From contig CM068742.1 of assembly GCA_035084275.1 (NCBI GenBank), positions 124,000,001 through 124,064,000 of the forward strand: a DNA stretch of 64,000 nt. Reading direction: 5' to 3'. This DNA comes from Hydrolagus colliei. Taxonomy: Eukaryota. The notes below the pieces were generated by a model. It did no database searches. It worked only from the letters and a program-made list of their open reading frames with translations, and was not told where the DNA came from. The number at the start of each line of letters is the position of its first letter. Position 1 is the first letter of the stretch. Shown piece after piece: positions 12,321 through 25,255 of this stretch. The position numbers and the translations under genes are program-made.

Positions 12321-14289
12321 TTTATAACATGATGAGTGTGAATAGCACTAGACCACAGTGACTTTCTATTTAATACAATTGAAGAGCAAATAATGGATTT
12401 TAGTGTGTGGTACAGGAAGTACCTGTTCCACATTGCTCTGCTGCTGGTTTTGCTCCCAGTGATGTTCCTTTCTGATAGTATAGCAAAGTGGAAAAGAAGC
12501 TTAATGTATATCTCTTGCTGTTTCTATTATCCAGCAATATATGCATGGTTTAATGGTCTTCACCAGCATGTTGAGTGCAGTGCGAGACGCTAAATGCTCT
12601 ACCAAAGAGAGAGGGGGAACAGAGAAAAACAAATAATCTCAGGCCGTGGCTCACGTAATTCCTTTCAGAAATGGCGAATGGGTAGCTAACAAAATTAATC
12701 CTTAAAAACAAAACAGTGAAAATAGTGACCTGAATGAAGACTCTTGATTTCTGTAGTGTAGATCAGCTAATGAGCATGTCAATGAGTGAATCAATTGGCT
12801 GCCAAGTGAATAGCTGGCTTCAGGCCCAACCATTGCGATGGAGTCGGGGGAATCACACCAGTAGTTTAGTCAATGCGTTCAATCAATAGAGTGGAATTTT
12901 CAACAACTTTAACTTCAGGATTACTCATAATTCATACAATGATGTTTAATACGTCACAAATTGTGATATTTGCCCCAATCTTTAAAGCAGCAGGATTCCA
13001 CATTGAAACATTGAAAAATTCTACTCAGTATCTATAATTAACACCTTTGAAATCTCATTCACCATCAATATCTTTTATGAATTATTAAGCAAAGAAAATC
13101 CAATTCCTTCTATGACCCTGTTTCTAAACAGCCATCCTATTTTCTCCATTCCTTAAAGGTCATCCTGCAGAATATTATGTAGTAATTTACCTTGTACCAC
13201 TAGTCTACCGAGATTGTGAGATGCAGAGATACAGTTTTAAAGATTTTTACATTCAGTAAAGACTTCTGTGGACTTTGTGATCAATTCAAATATTCAGAAT
13301 AGCAACCCATTTTCTCTCAGTAAAATTTAAACTAAAGGCTATTTTCTTTGAAGTTCAGGAAGTCTAATTAATTTCACAAGATCATTCTGAATAAATGTCA
13401 GTGATTACTTCACTACGTTGAACACATTCAAGTATTCGGTACAGCACCTGGTGTTTTACTTGCTCCCTTTTCCCAACTCATCTCTGAAGCCATTTGATCA
13501 ATTTTTCATGGTTCAGGATACAATTCCACAGATAATCCACTTTGCTATACTATCAGAAAGGAACAAATAATACGCATAATCTCTGCTGCGTTGGTCAAGT
13601 GGGGCAGGAGTCACAACCAAACATAATTCTATTTTCATCGATGTTTACCTAAACATGCATGTAGCTGAATATCAATCAGAAGCAGGAAGCTTGCTTGAAT
13701 TTCCTCTCTTAACTCATGGACACAATTGCTTTCCCTGCTCACTATGTTAACTTGGTACAGATTAGAATTCATTGCAATTCTCTGATATAGCTTAGTGGGT
13801 GTGCCTTGACCCACTTGTAAGGAACTGTCTCTGTTGATTCTATTTAATGTTATACTGTACTGCTGTGGACAGGAAACATTTCCACAATCTGTTCATTTTC
13901 ATTCTCTATACTGTCATATTGTTGCTCTTGTCAAATACATTATTCATTGCTCCCGGAAGAGACCAAATAACAATAAATAGCAATGTTGGTTGTGAGTGGT
14001 GATAAACCAAGCATAATCATAGCACAAAACACACATTGCAACAATTACATAAAAATAAACTTTTATAAACTCCTTTAAAACTATTAGATTTATTCATGGT
14101 AGGAACTATTTTAATTATTTTTTGAAGAAAAAATTAAATCTTTCATTTCTTCACTGCAGAGTACTCAAATTTTGTGTGCGTGGTGCAAAAAATTGTATAA
14201 TTAATGCATTTCATTTCTTTCTATGGTAGTCGTGAGTGTCACCTTGGCTCAGGTGGCAGCACTCTCACCTGTGAATCAGAAACTTTAAT

Positions 14290-14720
14290 TATGTCCTAGC
14301 TTGACTATGCCAACTAACTGTTCATTGGACCTCCCAACTCTTCTCCCCATAAACTGTAGATTATTCAGAACACTGTAGCTTGTGTCCTTTTCCGCACCAG
14401 ACTCCAAGACCCTATCACCTCCATTCTTACCCAGCTTCACTGGCTCCCCATTCCTCAGAGAATCAAGTACAAAACCCTTGTTCTTACCTTCAAGGCCCTC
14501 CACAGTCTTCCTCCCCCTACCTCTCTGACCTTATAAGTCTATATCAGTCTGTCCACTCCCGCCACTCATCTGACTCCAGCCTGATTCGGGTTCCTCCCAC
14601 CCCACCATTGGCAGTTCGGCATTCAGCATCTCAGTTCCCGTACTCTGGAACTCTGTCCCGCAATCCCCTCTCAAAAACGTGATAAGGTGCTATATCAAAT
14701 GGAAAAATTATTATTGTATT
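14290..14720 (+). mobile_element. L2 LINE 3' fragment
   Basis: LDYAN...IQN...LHWLPIPQRIKYKTLVLTFKALH motifs. Confidence 0.82.
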
Positions 14721-17700
14721 CCACCTGGTTTATTATACATAGTTATTATTATAATCTTATAGTTTATGTTGATGCTTTAGTGTAGTGTTGAGAGGAGGGA
14801 TTGCACTGTGGGAGGCACATCCTTTGGTTGAGACATTAGAATGCAATTCTGTCCGCCGGTTCAGGTGGATGTCAAAGATCCTGTTGCATGACTTTAAAAG
14901 ACAAGGCTCCACATTGGGACTTTGAACTCAGTGCAGTATTGGAGGAATCTTACATTGGTGAAGCTGCTGTTCTTCAGATAAGATACTAAACTGAGGTCTC
15001 GTCCGCCTGTTCAGGTCGGTGTTCGAGATCCCTTGGCACGACTTGAAAAGAGAAGGCAGTTTCTTCCCATGTGCTAACTTCTTTGACTTATTTGTGGGAC
15101 ATTGATGTGCTCCAGAAAATCCTGTAAATTGTTTTGGGATATCCTTCTGATGTGAAAGGCTCTACAAATGCAAGAAAAAAAGTACTATTAATTGGGGATG
15201 TATTAGAGGTACTTTCCAGGTAGTGGCAACCAGTAATAATTCCACATTATGCCAAGTAATACAGGTAAGAATGGCATTTCTGAGAATGAACTACCTCCAA
15301 GGTAACAAACCTGGTAATGCTAGATGGGTCCACAGTAATTACTTGACCGATTTAGAGATGGAATCATGTCCTCAACCCTGCAAGCTATAGTTTTAATAGC
15401 AATACCAAGTTGAACAAGAATCATGTCACATCTTTACAGTAAAAATTCCTAAAATCTCAACAAATGCATTATTAAAAGAGGTTAGCGATTAATTCCAAAC
15501 AGAAGAGTGACTTATTCTTAACATTGTAGGGATGTTCATTGGTAAAATCCACCTAACCATTCTGCAGATATTCATGGTGGCACTAACTGGCTTGGAATGT
15601 ATAACCGCTGGAAAGAGAGAACTACAATGTGAAAAGATCTGCACTGACAGTTTAGTCGGTGAGCTGAGTTCAAGCTCTTGCATTCAGATTGAATTCTGCT
15701 TAGATTGGATCTTTACTTTATTCTGTCATTTTGCATTCAGTAGGGGAAGGTTGGCTTTAAAAGCCATCCGAAAGGTCAGAGTAAGTAGGCAAAAATATAT
15801 AATCATAGATGTTTCCCTCCAACTTCCTGCTTATATTCATTTCAAATAGTTAAGTTTGAAACATCAGAAAGCACTTGTTCTTCTGAACCACAGAAAATTG
15901 AAAAAAGGTGAAGAGACAATTTAATCATGCAATTCTGCTGGACACAACCAAATAATCAGACCTGTCTGACTCACAATTTTGTTATTCACATATCAGGTTT
16001 CTTTCTGTTTATCAGCAATTTGACTTTACTTATTTGTATTGTTGCTGCATTGTGTCACCAAAGCAGAAAGCACGACACAGAACCTGATTAAAAGGAGCTA
16101 GTCAAAACATGAATTGTTACTTGATAGGTTTTGGCCTATTTTTAATTTTAGGGTTTAAAAATAAAGCTAAATTCTTTGTTTTATGTGATGTAGATTATAT
16201 ATTTATATGCACCTATGACAATGAGAGTAGCTTAGTTTTTGAGCTTTTATTTCTTTGGAAAATGGATTGCTGATGAATTTCTGATACACTTGTTTTAAAG
16301 CTATTCACATATTTAAAACTTTACTGACTATCTGAAATGTATCTCCATCTGAGTATACGTTAGTAGGTAGAAATACGCAGACAGCATACTATAAACAATT
16401 TACTGCTAAGAGATAATAAATAAAAGAGAGAGAATCCTTTGAAAAGATGCATCCAATAATTCATATTGTAGTTATTCACTAATCTACTTTTAGTGTTACC
16501 ATACCATATTATATTAATATTATTTAAGTTTTGCCTTTAATGTTTACCTCTAGTTTTTCTTTCAAGTATATTTTGTTTTTGGATAACTGGCCAATCTTTC
16601 TGTCAGCTGCATTTTCACAATAGGGGCCAATCTTCTGCTCATCTAAGGGAAATCAACTTTTTGCTTAAGCTTTCTTTTGGAATTCATCATTATAAAATTA
16701 TAATGAAAATAAATAGCCTTTTTTTAAAATCAGCATTAGATAGACCTAAATATCTCACTCTACCAATTCTTCCCGGCTTTTTGGACTCTCACCCGTTCCT
16801 CACTGTCAGTATCTCTTCAGAAGCATTAATCACAGGTAGAAGAAAGGTAGTGTATAAAAATGCAAATAACTAAGAACATGATTGATAGAAAATTGAATAA
16901 ATCATAAAATAGTAATATGTATGTAATCATGAAAAGAAACACATTGCTTTTTAGAAGATTAATTTAAATTGTAATTTAGTGTCTATGAGCAATACCATTA
17001 GTAAGGTTCACTAATACACATGTTAAAGGTACCCAATGGTTTATTTTAAGACCATGCAACAATGTGTCATGCCATTGCGCTTCCTGAAACTAAAAATTAT
17101 TCTGCCTTTTGAGGGAAAATCTTTTGGTGAAGTGAACACTTTGGTACAATGAATACTTTCATTCTAAACTAATTTATTTCAATACTTTATAATAATTCAA
17201 TGTTGAAATGTTTGTGTGTGTGTACAAAATCTTGTGTTTGCACCCTTACCAATATATTTTCTCGTGTAAGACTTCAGTTTAATTCAAGTCCCCATTAGAA
17301 AAATGAATATTCCCTTTCTCGGCGATCTGAACATTATCTAAGAGATGTGTATTTATTATAATAATATATACACTTATTCATTTTCTAGGGAGCATGAATC
17401 CATAGAGCAACTTTACTCATAGTATAGAAATAATTAGTATAGATTGTCGATCTTATTCAGAGAGGACACAAAAATAAGTGGTTTGAGAAATAGAAATGGT
17501 GCACAGTCTGGCTGATAGGTGCTGAGGCACATATGTTCAGAGAATGCAGCAAATGCATATTTAGGTTATACCTGACCTGGGAGTTATTATAGCTGAACTG
17601 GATATGAAATAAATTTGGATAACTTATTTTCAAATACCTGTACTATATTAACTTGTTGAAGAAGGTTCAAAAAGTTGCAAGCAGATTAAACATAAGTGGT

Positions 17701-18760
17701 TATGAAGACAACGTTGCAAATTTGGACTTGAAGTCGTAAAGAAGTGGAGATTGAGAATGGACACAGTCCAGAAAAGCTTGAAGGATTCTATGGTTGTAAA
17801 TGGGTTAATGGAAATCATGATTACACAACAGATGCATACTTAACAGGCAGTCAATGATAATAGTTTACAATTAAATCATACAATGTTATATTGATAGCAG
17901 GAGATAATTTGAACCCAGCACAGGATGTCCTCCCGACATGAAAGGCACTCTATAAATGTAACTTTTTTGTTGCTGCTGATGTCATGTAGTCTAAGCTGAC
18001 ATTCGAATGCGGTGCTGGGAGGTTTTGGATTGCCATTGGTGCCATCCATTTGATGAGGGGTTAAAAACAAGGTGCAGCATGCTTTTTCAGTTGAACATTC
18101 AAGATCCATGATAAAAAGAGAAGGCAGTTTCTCCTGGTGTCTGGCCGACAATCTCCCAAATAAAAGCAATAATTTGCTTCTCGTGGGATATTGGTGTGTA
18201 CAATTGTGCTACAATTACCTTCAGATAGTCACACGATTTCACAATAAATCCTGTGAAACGTTTTAGGATGTCCTCCCAATGTGAAATTCGGCATACCAAA
18301 TGAAAAGATTATTATTCTTTGTTCGAATGCCATTGTAGTTGAAAGATTTCCAAAGTGTTCTGGTTCTGCTATTGTAACTCACTCAGAAAATTCAATAAAT
18401 TGTGAGTGTCCATTATAACCGTCCAGATTGTTACAGTTTTCTATTGCAGTGTATATATTGGACACAGAATGGAAATCCTTGTTGAATGTGCACAAATTTT
18501 AGAGGGAATCGCATTTTTATCGACAGTTTATTTGTGCACTTGAGATACTTATTCTAATTGATAGGGCAGGAGGAAGCTCATTTGGAGCATAAACGCCAGC
18601 ACCGACCATTTGGGCCATATGACTGTTTCTGTTCTGCATATTCTAATGTATATTCTCCCAACCAAAAAGGCACTATATCATTGTAAACTGTTCTGTTTCG
18701 TGTAATGTCCAAGTTAGAAATAACAAAAATTATTTGTTTTGGTCTGTAATCTCTTTGCAG

Positions 18761-18946
18761 AACTCTTTACGTATGCTTAATAAGGCCATTGCTGGATTTG
18801 TGGTAATGTCAGAAGAGATGGAAAAAATATACAACAGCTTTATAAACAACCAGGTTCCAACTCTGTGGGCTAATGCAGCTTATCCATCACTCAAGCCCCT
18901 GGCAGGATGGGTGAAAGACTTTTTTCTGAGGACTGATTTCATACAG
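18761..18946 (+). CDS. dnah6: DNAH6 internal exon
   Basis: ctttgcAG / GTgaga; 186 nt; [62 protein letters not shown] with the YPSLKPL dynein C-terminal motif. Confidence 0.96.
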
Positions 18947-19807
18947 GTGAGACATGTTGACATCCATTCTTGAAGAACAATCAACCATTCTTACAGTTCT
19001 AAATGCATTAAAAGCTTTGATGATGTTTATAGTTTTGTTTAAACTATAGTCATCACTTCCTCAGCTTAGAAAGCCATCTTTGATCAATCCATCTCTGACC
19101 TGCTACTGTCCAAATGTCTGACATTTCACCTCACAATTATACTCTGAGTTCTTCCAATATTCCTGGTTTAAGACCCTCCCGTCAGGTTGCCAAATAGTTC
19201 ACAGCATCAAGACATTCCCGGTCAGTTGGTTGTGGTGGTGATTGTCTTTCCAGATGGTTAAAGTGTTGGTATTGTATAAGGATGAGTTTATATTATTTTC
19301 TGTTGTAGAAAGGCTTCTCGTTCTGTTATATATTAATAACTATACATGAGCAAATAAATTGAAGATTTCAGGAACTGGAAGCCTCTGCACTAATTCCAAC
19401 TTCAAGTTTGCAGTTGAATTTATACAATTCACTAAGAAACAGAAGTAGTTTGATTTTTATTTATATTGTTAGATTGATAACTTAAACATTTTCATTGATT
19501 GCTTCTGAGATTGAGGAATACAGATTTCAAAGCTTGCACTTCCATGGAGCTTCTAATGGATATTTTTCTCCCTTCAAGCTTGTTAGGTTTAGGATTGTAT
19601 AATTACGTTGAATGACCCTGATGCCTTTTTCTTTATATTTTGTGAGCCGGGTTATTCAATTCAAGCTCATTTTACACAAATGCAGGAGAAACTGTATCCG
19701 AAACTCACAAATCTGTGTTTAGAAATTATTCATACACAACACACATTGTACTTCCAAACATATTGTACTATTCTACAAAGAGGAAAGGACATCGCTAACA
19801 CTAAATA

Positions 19808-20659
19808 CAGGTACCCCATCCCAACCGCGGCTTCATCAACCGCGAAACTCACACATCCACGGTTTGCTAAATGCGACAACCCTTACCACGGCTTACAACC
19901 CTTGCTTATCCACGGGTTCTAACACTAACACTAGCGTTTAGCACTAGGACCCAGTTGCATCAATCAGCTTTGATATGCTTCGCGATAGCGTATAGCGCTT
20001 GGACCCAGTTGCGATGTTGCAATCAACCAGCGACAACGCTTCTCTCTTAGGATTAAGGTAAATAACATGAATTCATTGTCGCTTCTCTGCATCCCTCTCT
20101 TTCTGTGTGTAAGTGTATCTCTCTCTGACTCACCTCTCTATTTCACCTTCTCTTCCCCCCAGCCCCCCCCCCCCCCCACCCCACTCCCTCTCTGTCTGTA
20201 TCAGTCAGTCACTCAGACAGCCCCCTCAACCCTCCGTGTCACCACCACATCTTCTCCGTTGATTTATTTCCCTCCCTCTCTCTGTAGATCAGTCAGACAG
20301 CCCCCCCAGCCCTCCGTGTCACCCCGCACCCTCCATCTCTCTCTCTATCTCTCTGTAGATCAGTCAGTCAGACAGCCTCGCGGATTGCTGCAGATCCAGG
20401 CAGCCTATGCGCCCAAACTTACTCCCCCTATCCCCATGTATATTATAAATGTATGTTTTTTTTGAGTTTAGTTCTACAAAACGCAAACTTACTTCCCCTA
20501 TCCTCAATGTTTCCCATAGGGCATTTGCCAACCACGAAAAAGCAAACGTACTCCACCTATGCTCATGTTTCCCATAGGGCCCTGCATTTTCCAACAGCGA
20601 TTTTACCAACCGCAGAGGTTCAGAGGAACATGTTCCCTGTGGTTGGGGAGGCATACCTG
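19808..20659. mobile_element. Tc1/mariner (Tigger/pogo-like) non-autonomous element
   Basis: TA on both flanks; imperfect 23-bp TIRs CAGGTACCCCATCCCAACCGCGG and CTGTGGTTGGGGAGGCATACCTG; no transposase ORF; internal short duplications. Confidence 0.8.
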
Positions 20660-20882
20660 TATAGTAGTAATAATAATATTTTCAAAATACAGTAAGTAGC
20701 TTTGAACTTCCAAATGTTGTGGTTGTCTTGAAGCAGAAGAGTTCAGAGCAGTTTCTCCTCTTACTATATTGATTGGGAATGATTCCTGGCTCAGAAAAAC
20801 AAGGTGGCAGTCAAGGAAACAAGACACTAAACATAAACTAACATCATTGTGGTATGTGCTGAAGTAGTAAATATGTTAAAAG

Positions 20883-22072
20883 TAGGGTCCGTCGATACGG
20901 AAATTTTCCGATTTAGATATATCGATGGGCCCATATCGAGATATACCAATATATCGATATTTTGGGGGTTTTCGTACTGCGCATGCGCGCGCGTCGCGAG
21001 GTGCGCACGCATTCGGAGGTGCACGCGAATTTGGGGCCTATCTCCTCAGGAGGTAAATATCTCTCTCTCTCTCTGTGTCTCTCACACTCACTCTCTCCAT
21101 CTCTGTGTTTTTCTGTCCGTGTCTCTCTCCTCTCTCACATCATCCCCATCTCCATCCATCCATCCATCCACCCACCCACCCACCCATCTGTATATTATCA
21201 CATCCACCCCGTCTCCCCCCCACCCGTCTGCACCCCCCCTGCCGCCGTCAGTCTCTCCCCCCACCCCATCCCTCTCTCCCCACCCCCACGCCGCTGTCCC
21301 TCTCTCCCCCCATCCCCCCCGCCGCAGGCCCTCTATCCCCCCACCACCCCCGCTGCCGTCCCTCTCTCCACCCAACCTCCCCCCCACCGCCGTCCCTCTA
21401 TTCCCCCACCACCCCCGCCGCCGTCCCTCTCTCCCCCACCCCCCGCCGCCATTCCTATCCCCCCTCCCCCACGCCACCGTCCCTCTCTCTCCCCCACCAC
21501 CGCTGTCGTCCCTCCCCACCCCCCCGCCGTCTCTCTCCCCCGCCCCCCCGTCTCTCTCCCCCTGACACTCCCCCCACCGTCTCTCTCCCCCCCACCCCCC
21601 CGCCGTCTCTCTCCCCCCACCCACCCCCCCGCTGTCTCTCTCCCCTCCCTCACCCCCCCCGCCGTCTCTCTTCCCCCCATACCCCCTCCGCCGTCTCTCT
21701 CCCCACAACCCCCCCCCCCCCACCGTCTCTCTCTCCACCCCACCCCCCCTGCCGTCTCTCTCCCCCCACCCCCCACCCCCCGCCGTCTCTCTCCCCCCAT
21801 ACCCCCCCAGCCGTCTCTCTCCCCCACCCCTCACCCCTTGTATACCTGGATATTGTATTCGAGGACTATGAATACAATATGGCAGCTTACACCTCGGTCT
21901 GTGCATTGTGTATAGAGATGAGCATTCTGGATCTTGTAGTTCATTGCGCGCGCATTCCGAATTTTTTTTCGATATATCGACTTTTACGATATATCGATAT
22001 TTTGAAAATGCCTATATCGGCATATTGATATGAAAATTATATTGGATATAACCGATATATCGCCGGACCCTA
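20883..22072 (+). mobile_element. hAT-type non-autonomous DNA transposon with internal C-rich minisatellite
   Basis: TIRs TAGGGTCCGTCGATA and TATCGCCGGACCCTA; 8-bp TSD GTTAAAAG/GTTAAAAA; clustered subterminal CGATAT/ATATCG motifs; CpG-rich. Confidence 0.9.
21205..21838 (+). repeat. C-rich minisatellite (~20-22 bp unit, CCCCGCCGTCTCTCTCCCCCA-like)
   Basis: About 30 degenerate tandem units seen directly; source of the Pro-rich and Gly-rich ORFs. Confidence 0.9.
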
Positions 22073-22475
22073 GTTAAAAACATATTTAACAAACATAGAA
22101 AAACGAAAGAGTAGTATAAAAATGGAATTCATGAGTTGCTGATGCAATGCCCTGCTCTCAGATACATCCTATTAATCATCATTTACCTCCACTTCCAGTC
22201 AAAGAATATTTTACCCCAGTCACTGAGCAGCACTGTTCAAATGTAGTGAACTACATAAAACCCCACTGTATGTGCTGGGAGTACTAATTCAACTGAATTG
22301 GATCATAGAAACTGTAATGCTTCTCAGCAGAAGAAAGTATCAGTCTTGTACAACTCTTGTTTAATAAATGCTGTATATTTAAACATGATATAATAGCTAG
22401 CTGTACAAGTGAAATGAATATTGTTATGCATTGACCTTTACTTCAGTATTTGACTGCATTTGCCATATTTTACAG

Positions 22476-22548
22476 ACCTGGATCAAAAAAGGCCTCCCCA
22501 AGAGCTACTGGATTTCTGGATTCTTCTTTCCTCAGGGCTTTCTGACAG
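22476..22548 (+). CDS. dnah6: DNAH6 internal exon
   Basis: tttacAG / GTgtga; 73 nt; [24 protein letters not shown](G) with the [13 protein letters not shown] dynein motif. Confidence 0.95.
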
Positions 22549-22984
22549 GTGTGACCAAACAGAATTCTCAAAAAATTATGTTAATTAACTTGAGCTTGTT
22601 TACAAATTTTGCTTGTAATTCAATGTTCTGTTACTCAGTGAGCATAAAGCTGTTGATGTTAAATCCATAGTTACAGTGGCTGTAAAGTGCTTTGAGATGC
22701 CTCAAAGATATGGTAAGGCACTATATCAAATCAAAGATTATTACTATTCAATTTTGATGTTTAACTCTGTGCTTTTTTTTATGGTCAGTCAGGTGTTTGA
22801 CACATCTGGAAACCAATCACAATGCCTAAGGGTATCCAAACCAACTGAGAATTTCATGCATCCCATCACTGAAGTGATATACGTCTGGCGTATATAAATC
22901 CAAGTTGTTGTTATTATTTACAGAGCAGAGTTGGAATGAAATCACCAAATGCCATCTTGGCAGCAGACAATGCAAGGAGACACT

Positions 22985-23640
22985 GCAGGGAGATTCCACT
23001 CTGGACAGTGTCCCAGAATGCTTAATAATGATGGAGCCTGATAGCGAGCCAGGGGGAGGGGGAAGGTGGCCATAGAGATGGCTGAAGAGGAAGGTTTTCA
23101 GGCATAACCTGAAAACGGGGAAAGAGGGGGCAAAGCGAAGGCTTGGAATGTAGAGGCTGAAGACATGGCCTCCAATGGTGGAGCAGAGGATTCGAAGGAC
23201 AAGGCAGCAGTTTGTGCTGTGAGGAGAGAGACGGTTGGAGAGATAAGGAGGTGCCAAGGAGTTTGGTGTGGTTAAGAATACAGGCGGTAAAATTTTGATT
23301 GAGTTACATTTTGTGAATAGTGGAGGAGGAGAGACTGGCGGGGAGGGTGTTTGAATAGTCCACCTGAGAGATAACGAAGGTGTGGACAAGGGTTTCAGCA
23401 GTTTGTTGAGTGAGGCATTATCAGAGGTGCGCAATGTGGTGGAGGTATAGGAAAGCGGTCTTGGCCAGGGATCGGATGTGGGATATGAAGAATAACTGGG
23501 GATCGAACCTGATGCCTAAGATACGCACGGGTTCAGAGAGTTTTAAGGACAGATCGGGTAGATTGGCAAGGCCTGAACTGCAGAGCAGAAGATGTCAATG
23601 AGCGTCAAAGCGTATCGCTTCCATCTTGTTGATGTTTTAC
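22985..23640 (-). mobile_element. Degenerate L2 LINE fragment
   Basis: LAPPYLS, STIGGHVFS, FRLCLKTFLF motifs in the minus-strand ORF. Confidence 0.75.
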
Positions 23641-24036
23641 TGCAAGTTTGCGCTCATCCAGTCAAATGGTATATAAAAATACAACTTGTCGCTGTTGTAC
23701 TAGATTGTCCACAGTTGCAGATGGCCTGCAAATGTGGAACTCTTAGGTTTGGGTATCCTTCTACATGTTGATGGGTTTCATAAATTAGCTGGCTGACCAA
23801 AAAAAAAGGGAAGGAGCATGGTATTGGGAATAGGATGGATGGTTTATTGGAGGAGCCAATGGTAAGAAAACCTGCTGAATGGCTGCCTAGTTTAAAATAT
23901 AAATTTGAAAGAAAAAGAGAATAATGTTGACAGACTGTTCTCAATTTGTAAGGTTGGAGCTGCCAATAGTAAAGAATCATAACATGTGCCATTGTGACAA
24001 AAATAGCACTGGAATTTTGTTCAATCTGTGTTTCAG

Positions 24037-24188
24037 GCACACTTCAGAACCATGCAAGGAAATACAATTTACCAATTGATGAGCTTCAGTTCCGTTACAA
24101 TATTATTCCTATGTATCTGGATGCAGCAGAAATAGCTGAGGTTATGAAAACCTTAGGATTTGGGCAAAAACATCCAATGGAACAGGAG
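24037..24188 (+). CDS. dnah6: DNAH6 internal exon
   Basis: tttcAG / GTaatt; 152 nt; (G)TLQNHARKYNLPIDELQFRYNIIPMYLDAAEIAEVMKTLGFGQKHPMEQE; phase fits both neighbours. Confidence 0.95.
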
Positions 24189-24984
24189 GTAATTTCACCT
24201 TGGCATTGAGAAGCATTCTTATGTTTACTAGGCTAGGAACACATCTGAGCACCTGATAATATTTTTAGTTGGTGACATATTGTGCAATAAAGGAAATTTG
24301 ATGCTGAGTAATATAATACATTATACCACCTAATACATTTCAGAATAAAAAAATAAAACTTAATTCCCTTATGCCCCTCCAATAATGCTAAGCAAGACCA
24401 GGAAGTATTCAGGTTGAATTACAACCATTTCTTAATTAGTGATAAAACTGGTGAGGGTAATTCTAAATTTCTTTGCTTATGATAAAAATCATAATGAGAA
24501 AATATCTTATTTACAATTTATTTCAGAGTAATAATGAACCAGGTTTGCTCATTTTAATGTGCACAGATCTGTCAAATGCAGTTCCACATTGCTGCCCATC
24601 TTGTGGTCTGAACCCAATCTCACAGGCACAGAGGACCCTGACAGATGCCAGCAAACTTATTATCATGTCTGTCATTCCCTGGAGGGAGATGGTTCCAGAT
24701 GAATTAGAGTTTTATACAGGAATAGACAGAACAAAATGTCAAACCTTTAAAATCCCTTTTCACAGAAACATGACTACATATTAAATTAAATGTCATTTAA
24801 AAAAAATACAATACAGCGAAATAAAAATAAAAGAATTGCTGGTAAGGAATAACATATTGATTTGTACTTTAAAGAGAGAGCTAGATTTGTGTCTCATTGT
24901 GCTTCTTTATTACAACTTTTTTTTCTTTTGCTTAAAATAATTGTTTTTTTCATACTAAAATACACTTTACACTTCCTTCTCTCG

Positions 24985-25255
24985 CCCGCCAATGGTAGGT
25001 CAGGGCTCATGGAGCAGGCGAAAGCCTGCTGAACGGATGGGGCAGGCAAGTTGGTAAGAGTTTAGAAGGTCACAGATGTAGGGCAGGGCGAGGTTGTGGA
25101 GGACTAAATGTGAGGACCAGGATTTAGAATTGGATCCTCTGGATGATGGGGAGCCAATGGAGTCGAGTGAGGAAGGGGGAGGTGTAGTCACAGAATTTGG
25201 AACGGTAGAGGACACTGGCTGCAGAGTTCTGGATCATCTGCAACCTGTGCAGGTC
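24985..25255 (-). mobile_element. L2 LINE fragment
   Basis: LHRLQMIQNSAASVL...LTRLHWLPIIQRIQF. Confidence 0.82.

Noticed and set aside
21205-21838. Regularly repeating units suggestive of a CRISPR array
   Set aside because: No unique spacers, degenerate units, eukaryotic context and no cas genes.
20849-22028. Long overlapping Pro-rich and Gly-rich ORFs (up to 317 aa)
   Set aside because: Produced by the stop-free C-rich minisatellite inside a hAT element; open in several frames on both strands.
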